Below, in pieces: positions 17,004 through 24,193 of a stretch of DNA of 32,000 nt. The notes under the pieces were generated by a model. The model had not been told where the DNA came from. It worked only from the letters and a program-made list of their open reading frames with translations, and searched no databases. The first letter of the stretch is position 1; every line of letters begins with the position of its first letter. The stretch comes from Phycisphaera mikurensis NBRC 102666 (GTDB lineage: Bacteria; Planctomycetota; Phycisphaerae; Phycisphaerales; Phycisphaeraceae): contig NC_017080.1 in the NCBI RefSeq assembly GCF_000284115.1, positions 660,001 to 692,000 on the forward strand, given 5' to 3'. Position numbers and translations under genes: made by a program.

Positions 17004-17978
17004 GTGGCACGCTTGGAGCAGCTCGGCTACCACGCCCGCGCGGCACGCCGCGGATCGGAGATCGACGCCGAGGCGGCGACCGCCATCGTTCGGCGCCACC
17101 TCGGGCACCTTGGCGACGGCCTGACGGTCATCCGCCAGCGGAAGCTGTACGGCGGTTCGATCAATCGGGTGATCGAGTGGACGGTCCGCGACGCGACCGG
17201 GCGCGACCGCCCGCTCGTCGCGAAGGTGAACAACCTCAGGAGCGCGAAGCTGTTCCGCCGCGAGATGGCGTCGCTGGAGGTCTACCGCACCCAGACGGAC
17301 CTGCCGGTGCCCCGGCCGCTCGCGTACCTGGAGGACGAACCCGAGTTCGACGGATCGGGCCTGCTGATGCAGCGCATCGACGGCGTGAATCTCTCCGAGG
17401 CGAAGGTGACGCCCGCGGGCATGCGGCTGCTCCAGCGGGACCTCGCCGGTCACGTGGTCGCCCTCCACAGCCACCACCGAAGCGCCTACGGCACCGCGCT
17501 GGAGCCGACCGGCCCGCGTCGCTGGCTCGACAGCTTCGGCCCGGTCATCGGCGAGGAGTTCTTCCGCGTCCGCGACGCGATCCCCTCCGCGACCCGCGAG
17601 GTCATCGACGACATTGTGAAGAACCTCGAGGTCTGGCTGCCCGAGCAGAGCACGCCGACGCTGGTCCACGGCGACCTGTGGTCGAACAACATCCTCGTCG
17701 ACGACCGCCACCCCGACCGGCCGGAGATCCTCGCCTTCATCGACGTCTCGGCGAGTTACTGCGACCCGGAGTACGAGCTGGCCTACCTGCGGATGTTCCA
17801 GACGGCCGACGATTCCTTCTTCGAGCGCTACCGCCGCCGCCACCCGCTCCGCTCGGGCTTCTCCCGCCGCTGCCGCGTGTACTGGCTGAACACGATGATG
17901 ATGCACGTCCGCGTGTTCGGCGACCGGTACCTGCCGCAGCTCGAGGACATCGTCCGGCAGATCCGGACGCTGGGCTGA
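17004..17978 (+). CDS. Fructosamine-kinase / aminoglycoside-phosphotransferase-like kinase
   Basis: In-frame tail of ORF 15756..17978. Contains YGGSINRVIEW, LVAKVN, the catalytic loop LVHGDLWSNNILV, FIDVSASYCDPEYELAYL and YWLNTMMMH. The conserved N-terminus has no in-frame ATG, so the start must be non-ATG. GTG 17004 is chosen, with TTG 17013 as the alternative. Confidence 0.78.
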   Translation: MARLEQLGYHARAARRGSEIDAEAATAIVRRHLGHLGDGLTVIRQRKLYGGSINRVIEWTVRDATGRDRPLVAKVNNLRSAKLFRREMASLEVYRTQTDLPVPRPLAYLEDEPEFDGSGLLMQRIDGVNLSEAKVTPAGMRLLQRDLAGHVVALHSHHRSAYGTALEPTGPRRWLDSFGPVIGEEFFRVRDAIPSATREVIDDIVKNLEVWLPEQSTPTLVHGDLWSNNILVDDRHPDRPEILAFIDVSASYCDPEYELAYLRMFQTADDSFFERYRRRHPLRSGFSRRCRVYWLNTMMMHVRVFGDRYLPQLEDIVRQIRTLG

Positions 17979-18045
17979 CACGACCGCGCTTCTCTGCCCG
18001 CTCCGGCGAGCTCCCCATCGGCGACGGCCCGAAGACCCGGCCGCA

Positions 18046-18690
18046 GGTGGCTCATCGACGCCGTCGATGTAGAAGCGGATTGCAACCGGAGCAGCCCGAG
18101 TCCGCGATTGAGCGTCGTTCCCCGTTCCCGCTTCTCCGTCCGCCTCAGCCGCCACATCCACGGAGTGGATGAGCCACCCGGTCAGGTGGCTCATCGACTC
18201 CGTCGATGTAGAAGCTGGTTGAACCCGAGACGGCCCGAAGCCGCAACCGGGTGGGGTTGCCGCTTCCAGCTCATCCGCGTCCCTAAGCCGCCACATCCAC
18301 GGAGTGGATGAGCCACCCGGCCAGGTGGCTCATCGACTCCGTCGATGTAGAAGCGGATTGCAACCGAGACGGCCCGAAGCCGCGACCGGGCGTGGTTCCC
18401 CGTTCCCGCTTCTCCGTCTGCCTGAGCCGCCACATCCACGGAGTGGATGAGCCACCCGGCCAGGTGGCTCATCGACTCCGTCGATGTAGAAGCTGGTTGA
18501 ACCCGAGACGGCCCGAAGCCGCGACCGGGCGTGGTTCCCCGTTCCCGCTTCTCCGTCTGCTTAAGCCGCCACATCCACGGAGTGGATGAGCCACCCGGCC
18601 GCAGGTGGCTCATCGACTCCGTCGATGTAGAAGCCGACTGCAACCGAAACGGCCCGAAGCCGCGACCGGGCGGGCGTGGCACCCGGGAGG
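18046..18690. repeat. Tandem array, ~4.6 copies of a 139-bp unit built on a ~60-nt nested palindrome
   Basis: GGTGGCTCATCGAC starts at 18046, 18185, 18324, 18463 and 18604, giving spacings of 139, 139, 139 and 141. There are four full palindromic cores of the form CCACATCCACGGAGTGGATGAGCCACC-CGGCCA-GGTGGCTCATCGACTCCGTCGATGTAG. They lie at 18152-18211, 18291-18350, 18430-18489 and 18569-18630. A solo right arm lies at 18046-18072. The array fills the gap between the convergent genes ending at 17978 and 18705. Confidence 0.92.
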
Positions 18691-18704
18691 GTGCGAGCGT
18701 TTGG

Positions 18705-19703
18705 TTACTGCTGCTGCTGCATCTGCTGCGACTGGTAGCTGAAGGGCAGCGGCTCGTCGGGGATGCTCTGCGGCTTGTCCGGCGGGATCCAGCCCGAACG
18801 CGGCCGCGAAGAGGTCCGCGGGGTCTCGTGGAGCGACGCGACGTGGACGCTCACCCGCAGCGAGGAGGCGGCGCTCCCGCGGAAGACGCCCTTGGTCGGC
18901 GGGACGTCGGCGTAGTCGCGGCCGATGGCGGTGCGGATGTGGTGCGCGCCGCACGCGGTGCCGCTGGTGGGATCGAAGCCGGCCCAGCCGTAGCCGGGGA
19001 GGAAGCACTCGACCCAGGCGTGGGTCGCGGCGAGGTCCGCCACGTCCGCGGCGGCGGCCTCGCCGTGCAGGTAGCCCGAGACGTAGCGGCACGGCAGGCC
19101 GTGGTGGCGGGCGGCGGCGATGAGCACGTGGGCGAAGTCCTGGCACACGCCCGCGCGGCTCTCCAGCGCCTCGTCGATGGGCGAGTCGGCGGTGGTGCTG
19201 GCGGTGCGGTAGGTGAAGCCCTCGTGGACCGCGCGGCACAGCGTGGCGATCGCCTCCAGCGGCGACGCGGGCCGCGCCGGCAGAGCGCCGTCGGCGAAGG
19301 CCGTCAGCGCCGCGGTCCGGTGGGCGAAGTGGCTGCCCTGGAGCATGTCCCAGAGGAATTGCCCCTCGTTGTCCTCGCCGACGAGGCCGTGGAGCTTTTC
19401 CCACCCGAAGGCCTCGCCGCGGGCCTGCTCCTCCGAAGGCAGCGGCGTCGGCTCGTCCACCACGACGTGCGACTCCGCCTCGATCACCTGCTCGACGTGC
19501 ACATTGGGGAGCGTGAAGTGGTGCACGGCGTTGCCCAGCCAATCGGAGAACGTCTTCAGCTGCACGCGCGGGCTGACCCATAGGTCGAAGGCCCGCAGCC
19601 GCTGGTGCCACTCGTCCCGGGGCTTCATGCGGAGTTCCATGACGGACTCCCGGACGGGCTTGTCGTACGTGAACGTGTTCCGGTGGGTGATCGTGTATTG
19701 CAT
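18705..19703 (-). CDS. Transglutaminase-family protein (Bact_transglu_N plus transglutaminase core)
   Basis: ORF 18705..19928 trimmed to the ATG at 19703 (MQYTITHRNTFTYDKPVRESVMELRMKPRD...). The Cys-His-Asp triad context is intact: RAGVCQDFAHVL, THAWVECFLPGYGWAGFDPT. The C-terminus is a Gln-rich tail (SYQSQQMQQQQ). Confidence 0.9.
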   Translation of the reverse strand: MQYTITHRNTFTYDKPVRESVMELRMKPRDEWHQRLRAFDLWVSPRVQLKTFSDWLGNAVHHFTLPNVHVEQVIEAESHVVVDEPTPLPSEEQARGEAFGWEKLHGLVGEDNEGQFLWDMLQGSHFAHRTAALTAFADGALPARPASPLEAIATLCRAVHEGFTYRTASTTADSPIDEALESRAGVCQDFAHVLIAAARHHGLPCRYVSGYLHGEAAAADVADLAATHAWVECFLPGYGWAGFDPTSGTACGAHHIRTAIGRDYADVPPTKGVFRGSAASSLRVSVHVASLHETPRTSSRPRSGWIPPDKPQSIPDEPLPFSYQSQQMQQQQ

Positions 19704-19854
19704 GGGTCTCCGCTTCACGGGAGGGGTCGGGGGGGCGATCCGCTCGCCCCGGCGGCTCGGCTGCGCCTCCACCTGGGCGTGCCGCCGGCGGCGGGTGGGC
19801 GACCGGCCGCGGGCGCTCCGGGGCCCCGGCGGCCGCACCACCGGCGGCGTCGGG

Positions 19855-20841
19855 TCAAAGGACGCTCGCGATGGGGTAGGCGACGAAGCCCTGGAAGGTC
19901 CCGTCGACGACCTCGCGGGCGCGGGCATCGACCTCGTCGAGGAACGCCCCGAGGCCGCCCTCGACCAGGTCGCCGGGGTCGGTGAACTCGACGCGGCTCT
20001 TCAGGCGGCCGGCCGCCCGCAGCGGGCCGCCGGCGAGGCGGTCGCCGGCGGTCTCGGCGATGCGCTTGAGGTCGTAGTGGATCGCGTCGACCGTGTAGCG
20101 GATCGACCGGGGGAACCCGTTGTCGAGCGCCAGGAAGCCGACGACCTCGTCGAGGCCCGTGCCGGTGGGGTGCTGCGAGAGGAAGCTCTCGTAGGCGGAC
20201 ACGCACCGCATGAGCGTCACGCCGGTGAGGTGCCGGTCGGGCTCGAAGCCGGCGTCGGCGTCGGCCCCGAGCTCCTCGCCGAGGTCTCCGCCGCGGGGGT
20301 CGTTCATCGCGGGCCGGCACAGGTGCACGCGGAGCAGCCGGGTCAGCGCGTCGAGGCGTTCGAGGTGGCGGCCCAGCCGCAGGAAGAAGTAGGCCTCGTC
20401 GTGGCGGACGGTGGCGTCGGTGATGCCGGTGAAGAGGCGGACGCCCTCACGCACCCGCGCGAAGTAGTCGGAGTTGGTGCCCTCCCAGGCCTCCGCCGCC
20501 TCGGCCCGGAGCACGTCGAAGTAGAGCGCGTTGAGCTGCTCGAACATCTCCGTGGAGACCCGCTCGCGCACCTGCCGGGCCGACTCGCGGGCCGCCGAGA
20601 CCGAGGAGCGGACGCTGCAGGTCAGCTGCGGGTCGAAGCCGATGGCGGCGATCGCCGACGAAGACGAGAGCGGCTCGGGCAGCGGGCAGGCGAGGCTCTC
20701 CAGCAGCATGGCCCAGCGCCGGCGGCCGGCGCTGGTGTCGAGCATCGAGGCCATCTCGGTCTCGACCACGCGAGCGGCGTGCTCGGCGCGTTCGAGCTGG
20801 CGGCCCAGGTGAAGGAGTGTGTCGGCGACGCGTGAGAGCAT
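19855..20841 (-). CDS. Alpha-E domain protein (DUF403)
   Basis: 328-aa ORF with an ATG start. The all-helical sequence begins MLSRVADTLLHLGRQLERAEHAARVVE, which is the characteristic ER-motif N-terminus of alpha-E proteins. It sits between the CP-ATP-grasp and transglutaminase genes, as in the conserved triad. Confidence 0.85.
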   Translation of the reverse strand: MLSRVADTLLHLGRQLERAEHAARVVETEMASMLDTSAGRRRWAMLLESLACPLPEPLSSSSAIAAIGFDPQLTCSVRSSVSAARESARQVRERVSTEMFEQLNALYFDVLRAEAAEAWEGTNSDYFARVREGVRLFTGITDATVRHDEAYFFLRLGRHLERLDALTRLLRVHLCRPAMNDPRGGDLGEELGADADAGFEPDRHLTGVTLMRCVSAYESFLSQHPTGTGLDEVVGFLALDNGFPRSIRYTVDAIHYDLKRIAETAGDRLAGGPLRAAGRLKSRVEFTDPGDLVEGGLGAFLDEVDARAREVVDGTFQGFVAYPIASVL

Positions 20842-20997
20842 GGCGAGGGTTCCGCTGGGCGGGTCGGGCCCCGGGTGTCTCGGGGCTCCGAGGCGGCAAC
20901 CGCCGCCTCGGCGTGAGGAGCCCGTCGGCTCCGCGGGGGGTCACCCCGGCGAGGGTTCGGGGTCCCGCCGGCCGTCGCCGCGGGATCGGTGGGGCCG

Positions 20998-22563
20998 CTA
21001 CTGCCGGTCCACGCCGATGGCGGCGGGCGGGGGAGCGTTGGCGGGCGTGGGCACGTCGCCCTCGAGCACCCAGGTGTCCTTGCTGCCGCCGCCCTGGCTG
21101 GAGTTGACGACGAGGCTGCCGCGGTGGAGCGCGACGCGGGTCAGGCCGCCGGGGGTGATCCGGGCCTTCTCGCCGTCGAAGAGGATGTACGGCCGCAGGT
21201 CGATGTGCCGGGGCTCGACCTGCGCCCGGCCCCGCTCTGCGGGTGGGGCGTCGCTCCCGGCGTCCGCGTCGATCAGGCAGGGGGCCCGGCTGAAGGACAG
21301 CGTCGGCTGGGCGATGTAGTTGCGGGGGTTGCTCCTGATGGCCGCGGCGAACTCGTCCTGCTGGGCCCGGGTCGAGTGCGGGCCGATGAGCATGCCGTAG
21401 CCGCCCGCCTCGCCCACGGCCTTGACCACGAGCTTGTCGAGATTCTCCAGCACGTGCTGCCGCTGGGCGGGCACGCTGCACAGGAAGGTTTCGATGTTGC
21501 GGAGCTTGGGCTCCTCGCCGAGGTAGTAACGGATGAGGTCGGGCACGTAGGCGTAGAGCGCCTTGTCGTCGGCGATGCCGTTGCCGATCGCGTTGCCGAT
21601 GCCCACGTTGCCCGCCCGGTACGCGTTGAAGAGGCCCGGCACGCCCAGCACCGAGTCGCGGCGGAAGGCCACCGGGTCGAGGAAGTCGTCGTCGATGCGG
21701 CGGTAGATGACGTCGACCCGCCGCAGGCCGCCGGTGGTCCGGGCGTAGACGACCTCGTCGTGCACGAGCAGGTCGCGCCCCTCCACCAGCAGCGCCCCCA
21801 TCTGGCGGGCCAGGAAGGTGTGCTCGAAGTAGGCCGAGTTGTAAACGCCCGGCGTGAGCACCACGACGCTGGGCTTGTCCACCGGCCGCGGGCACAGCGC
21901 CCGCATCGTGTCCATCAGCGACTGCGGGTACGCGTCCACCGCCCGCACCTCCTGGTCCTGGAACAGCCGCGGGAAGGTGCGCTTGGACACCTCGCGGTTC
22001 GCGAGCATGTAGGAGGCGCCCGAGGGCACGCGGAGGTTGTCCTCCAGCACCGCGTAGCTGCCGTCGGCGTCGCGGATGAGGTCGCTGCCGGCGATCGACA
22101 CGTAGACGTCGCGTGGCACCCGCATCCCGAGCATCTCGCGGCGGTAGTGCTTGCAGGAGAGCACCAGCTCGCGCGGCACCACGCGGTCGTCGAAGAGCTT
22201 CTGCTCGCCGTAGAGGTCTTCCAGGAACTTGTTGAGCGCGAGGATGCGCTGGCCGAGCCCGTCCTCGAGCCTCGCCCATTCGTCCGCCGCGATCACCCGC
22301 GGCAGCGGGTCGTACGGGAAGATCTTCTCGGTGCCCTCGCTCTGGCCGTACACCGTGAAGGTGATGCCCTGCGAGCGGAAGGACGCCTCGGCGGCGGCTT
22401 GGCGACGCGCGAGCTCTTCCGCCGACATGCCCGCGAGCCGCCCGTGCAGGCGGTCGTAGTGCGAGCGGGCCACGCCGGGCGACTCGAACATCTCGTCGTA
22501 GAACCCGCCGCCGAGGTCGTAGGCGTCGAAGGAGACCGGTTGTTCGCGGGCGGCGGGGGGCAT
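20998..22563 (-). CDS. Circularly permuted type-2 ATP-grasp protein (DUF404/DUF407)
   Basis: 521-aa ORF with an ATG start. FDAYDLGGGFYDEMF, GITFTVYG, IFPYDPLPRVI, VLEDNLRVPSGASYML, VYNSAYFEHTFLARQMG, VIYRRIDDDFLDP, GNAIGNGIADDKALYAYVP and VVKAVGEAGGYGM all match this family. Confidence 0.9.
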   Translation of the reverse strand: MPPAAREQPVSFDAYDLGGGFYDEMFESPGVARSHYDRLHGRLAGMSAEELARRQAAAEASFRSQGITFTVYGQSEGTEKIFPYDPLPRVIAADEWARLEDGLGQRILALNKFLEDLYGEQKLFDDRVVPRELVLSCKHYRREMLGMRVPRDVYVSIAGSDLIRDADGSYAVLEDNLRVPSGASYMLANREVSKRTFPRLFQDQEVRAVDAYPQSLMDTMRALCPRPVDKPSVVVLTPGVYNSAYFEHTFLARQMGALLVEGRDLLVHDEVVYARTTGGLRRVDVIYRRIDDDFLDPVAFRRDSVLGVPGLFNAYRAGNVGIGNAIGNGIADDKALYAYVPDLIRYYLGEEPKLRNIETFLCSVPAQRQHVLENLDKLVVKAVGEAGGYGMLIGPHSTRAQQDEFAAAIRSNPRNYIAQPTLSFSRAPCLIDADAGSDAPPAERGRAQVEPRHIDLRPYILFDGEKARITPGGLTRVALHRGSLVVNSSQGGGSKDTWVLEGDVPTPANAPPPAAIGVDRQ

Positions 22564-22682
22564 GGCCGCTTCAACCTAACGCCTGACCCGGCCGCCCGGG
22601 GGAGGGAGAATCCTGATCGCGACGGAGCGGGGAGCCGGTGGGGCAAGCGGCACACGCCCGGAGGGCGGCCACCGGCCGGCTT

Positions 22683-22728
22683 CCGCGGACCGCCGAGCCC
22701 GAAGGCCCGGAGCGGCCGCGGTCCGCGG
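22683..22728. repeat. Copy C of dispersed 46-bp palindromic element
   Basis: CCGCGGACCG at 22683-22692, 26-nt spacer, CGGTCCGCGG at 22719-22728. Lies between the GH125 stop (22805) and the ATP-grasp start (22563). Confidence 0.85.
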
Positions 22729-22804
22729 GATCGTCGGCGCGGGCGCCGGCCGGCCATCCGGCGACGCGGGCGCGTCCGACCCCGGCTCCGCGGGAGGCCG
22801 CCGG

Positions 22805-24193
22805 TCAGTCGCCACCGAAGCGACGCCAGACCAGCTCGGCGAAGAGGGCGTTGGGCCAGCAGAACCAGGGCCGGGTGAAGGCGGTCGCGTCGTCGCGGTG
22901 GAAGGTCTCGTGCATCACGAAGCGACCGGCGTGGGTGGAGCACAGCGTGGCGAGGTCCGCCTCGGCCTCGGCGGGATCGGCGGCGGTGAGCGCGTGGATC
23001 AGGATCGACATCGGCCAGAGGTTGGACCGGCCGACGTGCGGGCCGCCGATCGCCGCGGCCGCGGAGCCGGAAACGAAGTACGGGTTGTCGGGGCTCCACA
23101 GCAGAGCGCGGGTGCGGCGGTAGAGCGGGTCCTCCGGCGGGCAGAAGCCCAGGTACGGCAGCGCGAGCAGGCTCGGCACGTTCGCGTCGTCCATGAAGTA
23201 GGCGTTGCCGAAGCCATCGACCTCGTAGGCGAAGACGCGGCCGGCGGTGGGGTGCTCGGCGACGCCGTGGCGGAGGACGGCGTCGTGGATCTCGGCGCCG
23301 AGCGCGCGGCAGTCGGCGGCGAGGGCGGGGTCGAGCCGGAGCGCGCCCATCAGGTCGGCGACGCCGAGCAGGCCGACGGCGGCCATGGCGTTGGCGGCGA
23401 CGGGGAAGGGCAGCTGGGCGGCGTCGTCGCTGGGGCGGAAGGGGCTCTTGGAGAGGCCGCAGCGCCGGGCGGGCTGGCCGCGGCCGCGGAGGACCAGCGT
23501 GTCGATCGCGCGGGAGGTGACGCGCGAGAACGTGTAGGGCGGGCCGGCGGGATCGGCCTCTTCCTCGTCGCTGCCGGCCTGCTGGGCCCGGATCGTCTCG
23601 ACGGCCCGGCGCAGCGCCCCGAGCCAGCCGTCGCCGAAGGCGGCCGGGTCGCCGCCGGCTCCGTGGTAGCCGACGCTGAGGCGGAGGAAGGCGGCGAGCG
23701 TGTCGAGCTCGTGCTTCCGCTCGTGCAGCCCCGGACCCATCGCCGTGGCGTCGTCGGCGTGCACGCCGAAGCGCGGGTGGGCCCGGTCGGCGTCGCTCAC
23801 GCCGTTGACGAAGTCGTAGAAGGCGTTGGCGTAGGGGTCGAGCCGCAGGCACGCGGCGACGCGGTTCAGCACGCCCTCGACCACGCGGTGCGCCGCGTCG
23901 TCCTCGCGGATGAACGGCAGCAGCGGCCAGACGGAGGCGACGGCGTCGCGCGGCCACATCGCGGGGATGTCGCCGGTGATCACGAAGGCGTCGGGCCGGC
24001 CGTCGGCCTCGCCGAGCGTGACGGCGGTGTCCAGCGTCATCGGCAGCGCGTTCTCGAACACCGCCGCGACGGCCGGCTCCGCGGCGGCGTGGACCCGCTG
24101 GATCGCCGCCTCCACGGCGGGGCAGACGACGCGGCGCTCCCCGGCGGGCGGGCGGCGGTACGGCGTGGCGGTGGGGTCGAAGCGGGTCGTCAC
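22805..24193 (-). CDS. Glycoside hydrolase family 125 (exo-alpha-1,6-mannosidase family, DUF1237)
   Basis: ORF 22805..24979 trimmed to the GTG at 24193, which overlaps the GH38 stop as GTGA. VITGDIPAMWPRD, PYANAF, ERKHELD, RPSDDA, YFMDDANVPSLLALPYLGF, SNLWPMS and WFCWPNALFAE match GH125. No signal peptide is seen. Confidence 0.88.
   Translation of the reverse strand: MTTRFDPTATPYRRPPAGERRVVCPAVEAAIQRVHAAAEPAVAAVFENALPMTLDTAVTLGEADGRPDAFVITGDIPAMWPRDAVASVWPLLPFIREDDAAHRVVEGVLNRVAACLRLDPYANAFYDFVNGVSDADRAHPRFGVHADDATAMGPGLHERKHELDTLAAFLRLSVGYHGAGGDPAAFGDGWLGALRRAVETIRAQQAGSDEEEADPAGPPYTFSRVTSRAIDTLVLRGRGQPARRCGLSKSPFRPSDDAAQLPFPVAANAMAAVGLLGVADLMGALRLDPALAADCRALGAEIHDAVLRHGVAEHPTAGRVFAYEVDGFGNAYFMDDANVPSLLALPYLGFCPPEDPLYRRTRALLWSPDNPYFVSGSAAAAIGGPHVGRSNLWPMSILIHALTAADPAEAEADLATLCSTHAGRFVMHETFHRDDATAFTRPWFCWPNALFAELVWRRFGGD

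Noticed and set aside
18210-18225. Integron attC / gene-cassette idea, prompted by GTTGAAC (matches GTTRRRY) inside the repeat linkers
   Set aside because: Units are only 139 bp with no cassette ORFs. No intI integrase or attI is present. The match is a 7-mer that occurs in only two of the five units.
17828-18682. ORFs running through the repeat array (17828..18157 -, 18108..18311 +, 18191..18682 -, 18308..18589 +) as repeat-containing proteins
   Set aside because: The 139-bp period is not divisible by 3, so the same DNA repeat is read in different frames in successive units. Open frames exist on both strands, as expected for stop-poor GC-rich DNA. There is no start context and no recognisable protein family.
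18046-18690. CRISPR array interpretation of the 18.0-18.7 kb repeats
   Set aside because: The would-be spacers are themselves repeated (about 70-95% identical between units). The period is 139 bp, not ~60-75 bp. The conserved part is an inverted-repeat pair rather than a single direct repeat. No cas genes or leader are present in the window.
16804-18704. Integrated mobile element or genomic island at tRNA-Ala
   Set aside because: There is no integrase, no direct repeat of the tRNA 3' end, and no phage or plasmid genes. The tRNA is followed by its own hairpin and an ordinary kinase gene.
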